Positions 9,778-20,210 of a stretch of DNA of 64,000 nt are shown here, in pieces. The first letter of the stretch is position 1. Every line of letters begins with the position of its first letter. Below the pieces are notes generated by a model. It saw only the letters and a program-made list of their open reading frames with translations, did not search any database and had not been told where the DNA came from. The stretch comes from an uncultured bacterium (GTDB taxonomy: Bacteria; Margulisbacteria; WOR-1; O2-12-FULL-45-9). The stretch is from positions 21,769 through 85,768 of the forward strand of contig CAZMPJ010000002.1 in assembly GCA_964568455.1 (NCBI GenBank), in the 5' to 3' direction. The position numbers were made by a program, and so were the translations under genes.

Positions 9778-11138
9778 TGAGTATATTATCAGCTATTTTA
9801 TTAGCCTTAGCTTTTCCAAAAACTGCTTGGTTTTGGCTGGCTTGGGTTGCCTTGGTCCCGTTTTTTATAGTTTTATTTAAAACTTCTTCCTGGAAACAAG
9901 CTTTAGGCCGGGGTTTTGTTTTTGGTTTAGTTTTTTTTGGTATAAATTTATTCTGGATTAACACGCTTAACCGTTTTGTGGGTTATTGGGCGATACTGGG
10001 TTGGTTGGCCTTGATTGTTTTTCAGGCTTTATTCCTAGCTCTATTTGCCTTTTTAGCTTATTTCATAATAAGCAATGTGCAGAAAAAAACAATTAAATTA
10101 ATTGGCATTGCTTTAGTTTGGGTGGGGGTTGAATATCTACGAGCTTTGGGAATATTTGGTATAACTGGGGGTGGAGTGGGTTATACGCAAGCGCCTTTTA
10201 CACTTTTAATTCAAATTGCTTTTTTTACTTCGGTTTACGGGATAAGTTTTCTAGTGGTTTTATTTAATGCTGCTTTAGCCGCTTTTATTTTAAACCGTAA
10301 AAACTGGCTGGCATTACTGATTGCCATTGTTTTAATTGGGGCTTGCGTTGGTTATAGTGGCCAAGTTTTAGATCAAGATAAAACTGATTATATTGAATTA
10401 GCTTTAATCCAGCCCAATATTGATCAAATAGAAAAAATGAATCCAGCCAGTATTGGTAAGGTTTTTAAAGTCCACAAAGAGCTTAGTTTGCAGGCGGCAA
10501 AATCAAATCCTCAAGTCATTATCTGGCCGGAAACTTCCGTGTTTACTTATTTATTAAAAGACCAGGGTTATTTTGGAAGATTAAAAAAACTAGCGGCTAC
10601 GACCGAGGCTTGGCTAATTATTGGGACTCCTCATTATGAAAAATCAAACCAGTCTTATAATGCTATTGTTTCTATTTCCCCTTCCGGAGAAGTTGTTTCC
10701 ACTTATTATAAGCAGCACTTGGTGCCTTTTGGTGAATACTTGCCTTTTAGAAAAATATTATTCCCTTTGCTTAAAAGTGTGGGTTATTTTAATTATGACT
10801 ATGCTGAGGGAAAAAAATATAATAATTTAAAAGTTGACAATTTAAATTTAACTGTTTCTATTTGTTTTGAGTCAACCTTTCCCTGGTTAATTAAAAAAAG
10901 GGTGGGCCCGGATACTGATTTTATCTTAAATTTAACAAACGATGCCTGGTTTGATGATTCTTCTGCTCTTTATCAGCATTTGGATTCTAATATTTTCCGG
11001 GCAGTAGAAAACCGCAAGTATTTTGTGCAAGTAGGCAACACGGGGATCACTACTCTTATTGATCCTTACGGGAGAGTTTTACAGAAAACACAAGTTAATG
11101 AGCAGAAGGTGCTACAGATTAAGATACCGCTTCGCTAA
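9774..11138 (+). CDS. lnt: apolipoprotein N-acyltransferase
   Basis: Multi-TM N-terminus plus a CN-hydrolase domain carrying the E (WPETS), K and C (ICFEST) catalytic residues. Confidence 0.75.
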   Translation: MMSILSAILLALAFPKTAWFWLAWVALVPFFIVLFKTSSWKQALGRGFVFGLVFFGINLFWINTLNRFVGYWAILGWLALIVFQALFLALFAFLAYFIISNVQKKTIKLIGIALVWVGVEYLRALGIFGITGGGVGYTQAPFTLLIQIAFFTSVYGISFLVVLFNAALAAFILNRKNWLALLIAIVLIGACVGYSGQVLDQDKTDYIELALIQPNIDQIEKMNPASIGKVFKVHKELSLQAAKSNPQVIIWPETSVFTYLLKDQGYFGRLKKLAATTEAWLIIGTPHYEKSNQSYNAIVSISPSGEVVSTYYKQHLVPFGEYLPFRKILFPLLKSVGYFNYDYAEGKKYNNLKVDNLNLTVSICFESTFPWLIKKRVGPDTDFILNLTNDAWFDDSSALYQHLDSNIFRAVENRKYFVQVGNTGITTLIDPYGRVLQKTQVNEQKVLQIKIPLR

Positions 11139-11477
11139 AATTATCGCCGCATAATTATCTATTGGTTCTGAGATGATGCGTAAACTTTCGGGGATAAATT
11201 TCCAGATTCCTTTTGGTTGATTCTCTTGCCAATATAATTTACGAGCTTCTAAGGTAGAGTTTTTTTCAGAAATAAGCTCTATTTCAATATTACTCAAACT
11301 TTTTATAATTTCTTTGCCCGAAGCACTGTTTCCCATAATGATTTTATGGTTTGACTGTTTTCTGATTAAATCTAATATGTCAGAGCGAGGAACTATTTTA
11401 TGTTCAATAATTTTGCCACTGTTTTCTACTAGGGCAATTCCGCATTTTTCACTTCCCGGATCAATAGCTAATATCAT
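11112..11477 (-). CDS. RNase H-fold nuclease (YqgF/RuvC-like)
   Basis: N-terminal ILAIDPGSEKCGIALV motif typical of YqgF/RuvC-fold resolvase-like proteins. 121 aa. Confidence 0.4.
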   Translation of the reverse strand: MILAIDPGSEKCGIALVENSGKIIEHKIVPRSDILDLIRKQSNHKIIMGNSASGKEIIKSLSNIEIELISEKNSTLEARKLYWQENQPKGIWKFIPESLRIISEPIDNYAAIILAKRYLNL

Positions 11478-12490
11478 TGGTAGTAAATCTTAAAATCAAT
11501 TTCCAAGGGGCCGATGGAAAAGGTTTTTTGTCGGGCCATAGTTTTTAAGATAACTCCCTTGTTGTACATTTTGATTTTTTTAGACAAATCAAATATTTCA
11601 GAATAGGGGATGCTGCCGATTGAGCCGTCTGATCCGGGAACAATGCCTGCTTCTTTAGCGATAGCATGGGTATTAGCTAGTAATTGTTTGATTAGTTGTT
11701 CGATTTCAGGAGTGGAAAGATTGGCCGGTATAGTAAGGCTGGCAATTTCTTCGTTTTTTGTGTAAATCAAACTATTTTTTTCTATTTCAAAACGAACATT
11801 AGCCGACTCACCCCATAAAGTGTTTTGACTGACTACCACTTTAACAATGTTTTCTCCGCTGCGAGTTTGGAGCAGTGCCACCGTATTATTAAAATCTTTT
11901 GGTTCAATGATAATCAAAGGTTTGTCTGATTCAAAGCCTAGCCCTCTGATATAAAAATCTGCAGCAGAAAGAATTTGTTTTAGTCCGCTTTCCAGTTTGT
12001 CTTTTTCTGGCCCGGCCTGGATAACGGAAGTGATTAAAACATCGTCCACCCTAAATAATACCGAACCTTCTCTTGAAAGTTTAATTTCTTTTTCCAGGCT
12101 TTTTTTGGTTTTATGTAGTTGGTTAATATCTTTTTGGGATTTTTCCAGTTCTTTTTTGCTTTTTTCCAATTCTTGATCAATTTGTTCTTTCTCGGCTATT
12201 TTTTCTTTTATTTCAGCTTGTTGAGTTTGCAGAGTGTTTTTTAGTTGATCCAATCCAAAAAATGCGGTGCGCGCGTCTTGAGATACCGCCAAGATGATTG
12301 ATATGGTAATTAAAGTAATCAAGATCCCGGTTAAAACAGTAAAAATAATAGCAGTATATCTTGGCCTTAGTTTTAAAAAAGAAAGTCTTTTTCTGCCAAT
12401 TGAGCGTCCAATATAATCGCCAATATAAGCAATTGCCGCGCTAACTATTATCAGCAAAAGTATAATTCTGGTTCCAAAACTAAAAATCAT
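11474..12490 (-). CDS. membrane-anchored coiled-coil protein, unknown function
   Basis: N-terminal TM helix, a long heptad-rich region (QELEKSKKELEKSQKDINQL), and a C-terminal globular domain. Co-oriented directly downstream of lptB and the lptG-like gene. Confidence 0.4.
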   Translation of the reverse strand: MIFSFGTRIILLLIIVSAAIAYIGDYIGRSIGRKRLSFLKLRPRYTAIIFTVLTGILITLITISIILAVSQDARTAFFGLDQLKNTLQTQQAEIKEKIAEKEQIDQELEKSKKELEKSQKDINQLHKTKKSLEKEIKLSREGSVLFRVDDVLITSVIQAGPEKDKLESGLKQILSAADFYIRGLGFESDKPLIIIEPKDFNNTVALLQTRSGENIVKVVVSQNTLWGESANVRFEIEKNSLIYTKNEEIASLTIPANLSTPEIEQLIKQLLANTHAIAKEAGIVPGSDGSIGSIPYSEIFDLSKKIKMYNKGVILKTMARQKTFSIGPLEIDFKIYYQ

Positions 12491-13584
12491 TGTATTGTAG
12501 CCTTGGTTAGAATTCGCCAGCCTACAAAGGCGGTAATAAAATTGGGCATCCAGGCTGCCAGAAAGGGGGAGATGACTTTTAATTCCCCAATAGCTATGCT
12601 AATAAAAGTAACAATGTAGTAAAAGAAAATTACTATTATAGAAAGTCCCAGGCCCATTGAAGAAGATGAGCGCCGGGGAGAAAGTCCCAAAGGAGCTCCC
12701 AACAAGGCAAAAACCAAACAGGCAAAGGGCAGGGCTGTCTTAATATTAAGCTGGATCTTAAAATCAGTGACATCGGTCCCCATTTTTTCTTTTAAAGCGA
12801 TAAACTTTCTTAGTTCTCTAATGGTCATTTCGTCTGGATTGCGATCGCCAATATAAAAGTCGGCCGGAGTATATTTAATAGCAATGGATTGTTCTTCGAA
12901 TTTAATTAAATGTTTATACTCTCCGCTTTCCGCGATCACATAAATGATGCCGTCTTCAAATTTCCAGGTATTATCTTTTGACTGCCACTTAGCTTGCTTG
13001 GCAGTCAAAATTTGGCTAAGTTTCCCATCACTAAATTCCTGCACAATAACATCATTCATGGTGCTGCCGGTAATATTTTCCGCGTAAAAAATGCGTTTTA
13101 AAACCCCGTTTTTGAGTTCCGGCACAAAAACATTATTTTGTATTTTAGGGCTGTGCTTAGTTGAAGTCTCAAGCAGTAAGTTTTTGGATGCCTTGTTTGA
13201 TTCCGGTACCACAATTTCCGAAAAAGCCAGGTTGGTTAACGAAACCAGCAAGCCTAAAAATAATACTGGATACATTAGGCGAGTAAGGGAGATACCAGAA
13301 GCTCTAAAAGCCACAACCTCGCTATTGGCAGAGAGCCTGCCAAAGGCTAGCAAAGCAGCCAGTAGCATTGCCATGGGAAAGATATAAATTACAATGCTAG
13401 GAAGCCGATAAATAAAAATTTGCAATGCTACTAAAAGTGGCATGCCTCTTAAAATTACTGCCCGAACCAGTTCAAATAGGATCATGCTGGCAGAAAGGAT
13501 GGCGGTAAAGGAGCCTAAACCGAAAATAAAAGGTTCAAACAATTCTTTGAAAATATAGCGGTCGATGATCTTGATTTTAATCAA
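12487..13584 (-). CDS. LptF/LptG family LPS export permease
   Basis: 365 aa, YjgP/YjgQ-like topology. Translationally coupled to lptB. Confidence 0.65.
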   Translation of the reverse strand: MIKIKIIDRYIFKELFEPFIFGLGSFTAILSASMILFELVRAVILRGMPLLVALQIFIYRLPSIVIYIFPMAMLLAALLAFGRLSANSEVVAFRASGISLTRLMYPVLFLGLLVSLTNLAFSEIVVPESNKASKNLLLETSTKHSPKIQNNVFVPELKNGVLKRIFYAENITGSTMNDVIVQEFSDGKLSQILTAKQAKWQSKDNTWKFEDGIIYVIAESGEYKHLIKFEEQSIAIKYTPADFYIGDRNPDEMTIRELRKFIALKEKMGTDVTDFKIQLNIKTALPFACLVFALLGAPLGLSPRRSSSSMGLGLSIIVIFFYYIVTFISIAIGELKVISPFLAAWMPNFITAFVGWRILTKATIQ

Positions 13585-14303
13585 AGTTCAAAATTCTCCC
13601 CAAGATAAAATTTCTTGGCTTCAACCGATTTTGAAACTTCTTCGGAATTACCAGAAGTCATAATCTGGCCTTTGTGCATGATATAAGAGCGGTCAGTAAT
13701 GGCCAGGGTTTCTCGTACGTTATGGTCGGTAATTAAAACGCCAATACCTTTTGATTTTAAATGGCGCACAATTCCTTGCAAGTCAGCCACTGATTTAGGA
13801 TCAATTCCGGTAAAAGGTTCGTCTAGTAGCAGGAAAGCAGGGTCAGTGGCTAAGGCTCTAGCGATTTCCACTCTTCTTTGTTCTCCACCTGATAAAGTAT
13901 AAGCTTTTTGTTTTCTAAGAGAGGTTACGCCCAGCTCGTCCAGCAGGGCTACAAGCTTCTTTTCATATTCATCTTTTCTAACTTCTGGCATGAGTTCCCA
14001 AAGCACTAGGATGTTTTCTTCAACTGTTAGTTTTCTAAAAATAGATGGTTCCTGGGGAAGATAGCCAATGCCCATGTGAGCGCGGCGGTGCATAGGAAGT
14101 TTTGTGATTTCATGATCGCCCAAATAAATTCTGCCGGTGTTAGGTCTAACTAATCCCACCGCCATGTAGAAAGTAGTGGTTTTCCCTGCTCCGTTTGGCC
14201 CCAGTAATCCGACAATTTCTCCTTGTCTTACTTCAATTGAAACATCATTAACTACAGTCTTTTTGCCGTAAGTCTTCATTAAATGTTCTGTTTTTATATG
14301 CAT
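13581..14303 (-). CDS. lptB: LPS export ABC transporter ATP-binding protein LptB
   Basis: Walker A GPNGAGKTT, ABC signature LSGGEQRR, Walker B LLLDEP. About 240 aa, typical LptB size. Confidence 0.8.
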   Translation of the reverse strand: MHIKTEHLMKTYGKKTVVNDVSIEVRQGEIVGLLGPNGAGKTTTFYMAVGLVRPNTGRIYLGDHEITKLPMHRRAHMGIGYLPQEPSIFRKLTVEENILVLWELMPEVRKDEYEKKLVALLDELGVTSLRKQKAYTLSGGEQRRVEIARALATDPAFLLLDEPFTGIDPKSVADLQGIVRHLKSKGIGVLITDHNVRETLAITDRSYIMHKGQIMTSGNSEEVSKSVEAKKFYLGENFEL

Positions 14304-14311
14304 AATTTCTC

Positions 14312-15325
14312 CTAGGTATTAGTAAATTTTATCAACTCTTCCAATTTCTTATTTGCTGCGCCAGAATCAACTGACTCTGCTGCCAACTTAAAACCTTCTT
14401 TTAAATTCTTAGCCTTGCCAGCTGCATAAATTGCTGCAGCAGCGTTCATTAAAACTATATTCCTTTTAGCACCTTTTTCTTGGCCTTTTAAAATTCCAAG
14501 AGCAATTTTGGCGTTTTCTTCTTTTGAGCCGCCTAGGATTTCAGAAAGTTTGGCTTTTTTTACACCAAAATCTTCTGGTTTAATTTCATAAGTTTTAATT
14601 TTGCCGTCTTTTAATTCTGAAACTTTAGTTTTATCTGAAATTGTGATTTCATCCAATCCATCTTTGCCATGAACTACCAAGGCATGTTTGATTCCTAAAT
14701 TTCCTAAAACTTTAGCCATTGTTTCAGTCAAATCAGCACTAAAAACACCTAGGACTTGTGCGGCAGCGTGGGCAGGGTTGGTTAATGGTCCTAAAATATT
14801 AAAAACAGTTCTAATGCCAGTTTCTTTCCTAGCTGGCATAGCATATTTCATGGCCGCATGGAATTTTGGTGCAAAAATAAAGCCAATACCAACTTCATTT
14901 ATGCATTCTTCAACTTTTTTCGGTTCAAGATCAACTTTTACACCTAAAGCTTCGAGCACATCAGCTGATCCGCATTTAGAAGAGACTGATCGATTGCCAT
15001 GTTTCGCAACTGGAACTCCAGCACCAGCAACTACTAGGGCTGAAATAGTGGAAATGTTGATAGTTCCAGATTTATCTCCACCAGTTCCGCAAGTATCAAC
15101 TAGATTTTTTTGTTGAGGGTAAATATTAGCAGCATGCTCACGCATTTTTTCTGCACAGCCAGTAATTTCATCTATAGTTTCGCCTTTCATCCTTAAAGCA
15201 GTAATAAAAGCAGCGATTTGAGAGGGAGTAGCTTCCCCTTCCATTATAGTATCCATAGTTAAGGCGGCTTCTTCGCGAGTTAAATTTTTGTTTTCAACCA
15301 CTTTTTTAATTGCTTGTTTAATCAT
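14312..15325 (-). CDS. trpD: anthranilate phosphoribosyltransferase
   Basis: Full-length similarity to TrpD, including the GTGGD motif and the characteristic N-terminal helix. Confidence 0.85.
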   Translation of the reverse strand: MIKQAIKKVVENKNLTREEAALTMDTIMEGEATPSQIAAFITALRMKGETIDEITGCAEKMREHAANIYPQQKNLVDTCGTGGDKSGTINISTISALVVAGAGVPVAKHGNRSVSSKCGSADVLEALGVKVDLEPKKVEECINEVGIGFIFAPKFHAAMKYAMPARKETGIRTVFNILGPLTNPAHAAAQVLGVFSADLTETMAKVLGNLGIKHALVVHGKDGLDEITISDKTKVSELKDGKIKTYEIKPEDFGVKKAKLSEILGGSKEENAKIALGILKGQEKGAKRNIVLMNAAAAIYAAGKAKNLKEGFKLAAESVDSGAANKKLEELIKFTNT

Positions 15326-15377
15326 ATTTTCTCCTAAAAAGAATGAAATTTCTTTTTCAAGTTATCGATATTATTAT

Positions 15378-15405
15378 AGCCCCTCGACAAGCTCGGGGCA
15401 AGCTG
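15378..15405. repeat. GC-rich dispersed repeat copy 1 (CCCCTCGAC-aag-CTCGGGGCAAGCT)
   Basis: Near-identical to the reverse complement of 38699-38730. The core is shared with 50708-50756. Confidence 0.55.
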
Positions 15406-15432
15406 AAGAACCAATTTAAGGCAACTATTTAT

Positions 15433-16509
15433 ATGAAAATTACAACAAGATTGCACCCATCTAGAACACTTGTCACTAGGCAAATTCGCCAGGCAGTAAG
15501 AGATGGTAAATCGCTTTGTATGTTTGGCCTGCCGGGAATAGGAAAAACAGCTTTAGCAAAAGAAATTGCCGGCGAAATAGGCTTGCCAGAAAAATCATTT
15601 GTTAATCGTAAAGCAGACTGGGGAATGGATGCTTGGCTTGGGCCGTCGAGGGATGTTTTTGAGGCGGCTCCACAAAGAGGCAAAAATGGACCAAAAGTAT
15701 TATTTTTAGATGATATTTATCCTTCTTTAATTTTTAATGGTCGTGATCAAATCAGAGCCCTTATTAGTAGTGGCTGGCAAATGATTTTTGTGCATTCCAA
15801 CCTTGGTAGAGGTATCCTTACTGAACTTTCCGAAGAAGCCGGGCTTGAAACTTTTATCCTTCCTCCGGCAGATGTTGACGAATTTGTGAGCGACTTAAAA
15901 AGTTCGCTTCCTCGATCTTGGCAATCTTTGGTTAACATAATATTAAGCAAATATAATTTACCTGGTTTTTCTGATGAAACATTGAAGACATTACATGCAC
16001 TTAGCGGAGGCAATTACATGGTTGCCCAAATTCTTTTACATGTTTTGTCTAAAGCTCCTTCACAACTAGAAATTAAAAGAGAATATGAAACAGAAGGCGG
16101 TTCTCGTGAATGGGGAAGGAAGGTTGTTCTGCTAAGGCATGAAGAAGATTTTGTTGCTGGCAAAGGGGTTGAAGAGTTGGATGTGCGGTCTCTTCATGAA
16201 GAAATAAAGGAACTTGCTCTTAATGAAGCTCCGGCTGACGCTGACTGTGCTCCCGCTCCACAAGAGGGTGTTTGCTCTAATTTTGAATCCGATTTTAGAG
16301 CGCTCGATTCCTATAGTTTAATGTCTCGCGGTGTTTTTATTCAGTCCCTAATACAAGGGATAGATCTGGCTACTGTTGCTGGTTTTCACCTAGAGGTCCA
16401 AAGCAGTATCAGCCGTTGGTTAAGTTATGGCTTGCTTACTCAAGTAGATGAAGTTATTACTTTTAGAGGAGAGTTAATCAAGCAAGCGTTTCTGGAACAG
16501 GTATATTAA
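15433..16509 (+). CDS. P-loop NTPase, unknown function
   Basis: Walker A GLPGIGKT and a Walker B-like LFLDD. The start was moved to the ATG at 15433. The upstream ORF extension to 15343 overlaps a repeat element and looks non-native. Confidence 0.4.
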   Translation: MKITTRLHPSRTLVTRQIRQAVRDGKSLCMFGLPGIGKTALAKEIAGEIGLPEKSFVNRKADWGMDAWLGPSRDVFEAAPQRGKNGPKVLFLDDIYPSLIFNGRDQIRALISSGWQMIFVHSNLGRGILTELSEEAGLETFILPPADVDEFVSDLKSSLPRSWQSLVNIILSKYNLPGFSDETLKTLHALSGGNYMVAQILLHVLSKAPSQLEIKREYETEGGSREWGRKVVLLRHEEDFVAGKGVEELDVRSLHEEIKELALNEAPADADCAPAPQEGVCSNFESDFRALDSYSLMSRGVFIQSLIQGIDLATVAGFHLEVQSSISRWLSYGLLTQVDEVITFRGELIKQAFLEQVY

Positions 16510-16562
16510 CTTCCTTTTCTTTTGAATTCAAACTTCTTTTATGCTACTATTTCGATAGTATC

Positions 16563-17414
16563 GTGAAAAAACTTACCTTTCAACAAATTATCGATAATTT
16601 GAATCAATTCTGGGCTGATTATGGCTGTGTTATTCGCCAACCTTATGATATTGAAAAAGGTGCAGCTACTATGTCGCCGGCTACATTTTTTGGAGCTTTA
16701 GGATCTAAACCCTGGCAAGTAGCTTATATTGATCCGGTCAGACGTCCAGCTGACGGTCGTTACGGAGAAAATCCCAATCGTTTATTTCATTATTTTCAAT
16801 ACCAGGTTATTCTTAAACCTTCGCCTTTAGAAGTGCAAAAAACTTACTTAGATTCTTTGCGTGCAATTGGTATTGAACCAAAAAAGCATGATGTTAGATT
16901 TGTAGAAGATAACTGGGAATCACCAACCTTGGGGGCGTGGGGTACTGGTTGGGAAGTCTGGGCCGAAGGTATGGAAGTTACTCAATTTACTTATTTTCAA
17001 GAATGTGGTGGTTATCCTTGTAAACCAGTTTCAGTTGAATTAACTTATGGTTTAGAACGCTTAGCCATGTTTATCCAAAAAGTAGACAGTGTCTATGATA
17101 TTCAGTGGAATGACAAGGTTAAATATGGTGATATTTATCTTCCTCAAGAAAGACAACATTCCAAATACAATTTTGAAGCTGCGGATATTGAAAGCTTAAC
17201 TTTATTATTTGGTCTTTATGAAAAAGAAGCAGATCGCTTGCTTAAACAAGAACTAGTTTTACCGGCTTATGACTATGTTTTAAAATGTTCTCATGCTTTT
17301 AATATTTTAGATGCTCGGGGAGCGGTTTCAGTGACTGAGCGAATGGCTTATATTTTAAGAATTAGAAAATTAGCTAGGAGATGTGCAAAAGTATATGTTG
17401 AAGGCACTGCTTGA
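16563..17414 (+). CDS. glyQ: glycine--tRNA ligase alpha subunit
   Basis: Strongly conserved GlyQ sequence ([17 protein letters not shown]). GTG start. Confidence 0.85.
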   Translation: MKKLTFQQIIDNLNQFWADYGCVIRQPYDIEKGAATMSPATFFGALGSKPWQVAYIDPVRRPADGRYGENPNRLFHYFQYQVILKPSPLEVQKTYLDSLRAIGIEPKKHDVRFVEDNWESPTLGAWGTGWEVWAEGMEVTQFTYFQECGGYPCKPVSVELTYGLERLAMFIQKVDSVYDIQWNDKVKYGDIYLPQERQHSKYNFEAADIESLTLLFGLYEKEADRLLKQELVLPAYDYVLKCSHAFNILDARGAVSVTERMAYILRIRKLARRCAKVYVEGTA

Positions 17415-19416
17415 AATAGGTTGTGAAGAAATCCCAGCACGGTTTATGCCGGGATTTTTACAAGATTTAAAAAAACAAGCCCAAGAAAAGCTTGAACGGG
17501 AAAAATTATCTTTTTCCAGCATCCAAACTTTGGGTACGTATCGACGTTTAACCCTTGTAATTGAAGGCTTAGCCAAAAAACAACCAGATGAATCATTAGA
17601 AATAAAAGGTCCTCCAGCTGAATTCGCTTTTGATGGTGCCGGAAAGCCTACTAAGGCAGCTGCTGGTTTTGCCAGAAGCCAGGGAGCAACTTTAGACGAT
17701 CTAGAAGTACGCACTTTAGGCAGTAAAAACTATGTTTTTGCTAAAGTGACTAGAAAAGGACAATCAGCAGCTAAGGTTTTAGCAAAATTGTTTCCCGAAA
17801 TCATTAGTTCTTTATATCAACCTTTGTCTATGAGGTGGGGGAGTCAAGACTTTAAGTTTATCCGGCCAATTCATTCTATCTTAGCCCTTTGCGGAGACAA
17901 AATTGTTAAGTTTGAGCTAGCTGGCATCAAAACGTCCAATAATCTGAAGATTAAAATTCAAACTTATAAACAGCAATTAAAGAAAAAAGGCATAATAGTT
18001 GATCAAGATGAAAGAAAAGCTTTAATTAAGAAGCAAGTTGAGGCTGCGGCGAAGAAAGTTGGAGCCAAGGCTTTAGTTCAAGAAGATTTATTGGAAGAAG
18101 TTAACTTTTTGGTTGAAAATCCTATTGCTTATGTAGGCAAAATTGATAAAAGTTTCTTGAGTCTGCCGCAAAAAGTTTTAATCACCTCCATGAAAAAGAA
18201 TCAAAAGTATTTTCCTCTAGTAGACAGTAAAGAGAAGTTAGTGGAAAAATTTGTCTTGGTTTCCGATGGCTGTAAGAATAAAGGTATTGTAGAAGGCAAT
18301 CAAAAGGTTTTAACTGCCCGACTTTCAGATGCCAAGTTTTTCTTTGAAGAAGATAAAAAACAACCTTTGCAAATGTATACAGCTGACCTGGATAAAATTG
18401 AATTTTTTAAAGGTTTGGGAAGTTTAGCGCAAAAAGTTGAGCGTATGCAAAAGCTTTCTCTTTGGATTGCCAAAAGATTAAATCAAGACGGACCAAAAAC
18501 ACCAATTATTGAAAGAATCTGCCAGCTTTGCAAAGCTGATCTTTCTACCCGTATGGTTTATGAGTTTCCTGTGTTGCAAGGGATTATGGGCAGAGAATAT
18601 GCTTTGCTTTCAAAAGAAGATCCTAGGGTTGCTCAAGGGATTGCCGAGCATTATTTGCCTCGTTTTGCTGACGATAAGTTGCCTGAATCAAAAGAGGGTA
18701 TGATTGTAGCTTTAGCCGACCGGATTGATTCTATTGTTGGTTGTTTTAGTATTGGAAAAATTCCCAGTGGATCTCAAGATCCTTATGCTCTGCGCAGGGC
18801 CGTGCATGGAATTATACGTATTATTATTGAGAATAAATTAGATTTGCTTTTAGATGAAGTAATTGAGCATAGTTATAAATTATATGAATCAAGAAATCCG
18901 CTAGGAAATGTACAAAATCAGATTTTAGCTTTTATGGCTAGCCGAGTTAAACCGATTTTGCTTGAGAAAGGCATCCGCTATGATGTGGTGGATGCGGTTT
19001 TATCTGGATTCAATGATATTTTAGATGTTTTTGCCAAAGCCAAACAAATAAATGGTTTGATTTCAGAAAAATGGTTTGTGGGAGTGGTTAAATCAGCTGA
19101 TCGGGTTTCTCGTATTGCTAAAGGAGCCAAGGAAGAAGCGATTGATGAGGCGGCTTTTGTTGAAACTGCCGAGAAAAAGCTTTATGAACTTTATATGAAA
19201 GTTAATTGGGAAGTAGGGGAAGCGATTAACAAAGAAGAATGGCAAAAAGCCATTAAGCCGTTGGCGGAACTGACCGATCCAATTGAATTGTTTTTTGAAA
19301 AGGTAATGGTTATGCATAAAGATGAAAAACTGAAGAAAAATCGCTTGGCGCTTTTAAAAGCAATTGAAAAAATGTATTTGGGAATAGCAGACTTTAGGAG
19401 GATCGTGTTGCAATGA
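17383..19416 (+). CDS. glyS: glycine--tRNA ligase beta subunit
   Basis: [11 protein letters not shown]-terminus and length typical of GlyS. The start is either the GTG at 17383 or the ATG at 17395. Confidence 0.85.
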   Translation: MQKYMLKALLEIGCEEIPARFMPGFLQDLKKQAQEKLEREKLSFSSIQTLGTYRRLTLVIEGLAKKQPDESLEIKGPPAEFAFDGAGKPTKAAAGFARSQGATLDDLEVRTLGSKNYVFAKVTRKGQSAAKVLAKLFPEIISSLYQPLSMRWGSQDFKFIRPIHSILALCGDKIVKFELAGIKTSNNLKIKIQTYKQQLKKKGIIVDQDERKALIKKQVEAAAKKVGAKALVQEDLLEEVNFLVENPIAYVGKIDKSFLSLPQKVLITSMKKNQKYFPLVDSKEKLVEKFVLVSDGCKNKGIVEGNQKVLTARLSDAKFFFEEDKKQPLQMYTADLDKIEFFKGLGSLAQKVERMQKLSLWIAKRLNQDGPKTPIIERICQLCKADLSTRMVYEFPVLQGIMGREYALLSKEDPRVAQGIAEHYLPRFADDKLPESKEGMIVALADRIDSIVGCFSIGKIPSGSQDPYALRRAVHGIIRIIIENKLDLLLDEVIEHSYKLYESRNPLGNVQNQILAFMASRVKPILLEKGIRYDVVDAVLSGFNDILDVFAKAKQINGLISEKWFVGVVKSADRVSRIAKGAKEEAIDEAAFVETAEKKLYELYMKVNWEVGEAINKEEWQKAIKPLAELTDPIELFFEKVMVMHKDEKLKKNRLALLKAIEKMYLGIADFRRIVLQ

Positions 19417-20210
19417 AGCGTTATTTATTAATTTCCCTATTACTATGTTTATTTGTTTCTCCAGTTTTTGCTTCCTATATTAGCTTAAACACTTCAGTTA
19501 CGGCTAAAGTGGTAGGCAATCAACTAAAAGTCTTAGTTACCGCGGTTAATAAGGGCGATGAAGCAGCTTACAGTGTCCAAGCCGAATTGCGGGCTGGTGG
19601 CAAAAAAATACTAGCGGAAAAAGTTCAAAAATTAGGAGTAAATCAAACTTATAAAGGTTATGCGACTTTTAATTTAAAGCTTGATAAGGCTGGTCATTAC
19701 CCCTTGGTAATAGTTATGCATTATGCTGATGCAAACCAGTATCCTTTTTCAGCTTTAACCATTCAGACCTTTGCTTATAAGGCTCAAGATATGCCTAGAG
19801 ACCTTTTTGGCCGCATGAAAGCGACTACTTTTTGGGAAAATGGCAGTATTGAATTAACTTTAAAAAATAGCAGCAATGTTAGTCTCAAAGCCAAAGCTGA
19901 TTTAGTGGTTCCCAAAGAAATAACTGTGTTGGGTAATGTAAAAGATATTACTCTTGCTGCCAGAGTGTCAGATAAAGTTAGATTTGACTTGGAAAATTTT
20001 TCCGCTTTAAGCGGCAGTAATTATCAGGTTTACGCGGTTAGCGAATATAATAAAGATAACTTGCATTATACTGTGATTACGCCGGGGATGATCAAAATCA
20101 TGGAAAGAAAAAGTCTTTTGGGAATTGATTATCAATATTTATTAGTGTTTTTAATTGTCTTAGTGGTAGTATTTATCCTTTTTCAAGTATTTAAAAGTGA
20201 AAAGAAATAA
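19413..20210 (+). CDS. hypothetical secreted protein with C-terminal TM anchor
   Basis: Signal peptide, beta-rich body, C-terminal hydrophobic helix. Translationally coupled into the downstream glycosylation cluster. Confidence 0.35.
   Translation: MKRYLLISLLLCLFVSPVFASYISLNTSVTAKVVGNQLKVLVTAVNKGDEAAYSVQAELRAGGKKILAEKVQKLGVNQTYKGYATFNLKLDKAGHYPLVIVMHYADANQYPFSALTIQTFAYKAQDMPRDLFGRMKATTFWENGSIELTLKNSSNVSLKAKADLVVPKEITVLGNVKDITLAARVSDKVRFDLENFSALSGSNYQVYAVSEYNKDNLHYTVITPGMIKIMERKSLLGIDYQYLLVFLIVLVVVFILFQVFKSEKK

Noticed and set aside
14688-15116. 142-aa plus-strand ORF
   Set aside because: Antisense to the well-supported trpD and has no motifs.
15343-15432. N-terminal extension of the P-loop ORF from 15343
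   Set aside because: The extension is encoded by the GC-rich repeat element. An internal ATG at 15433 gives a more plausible start.
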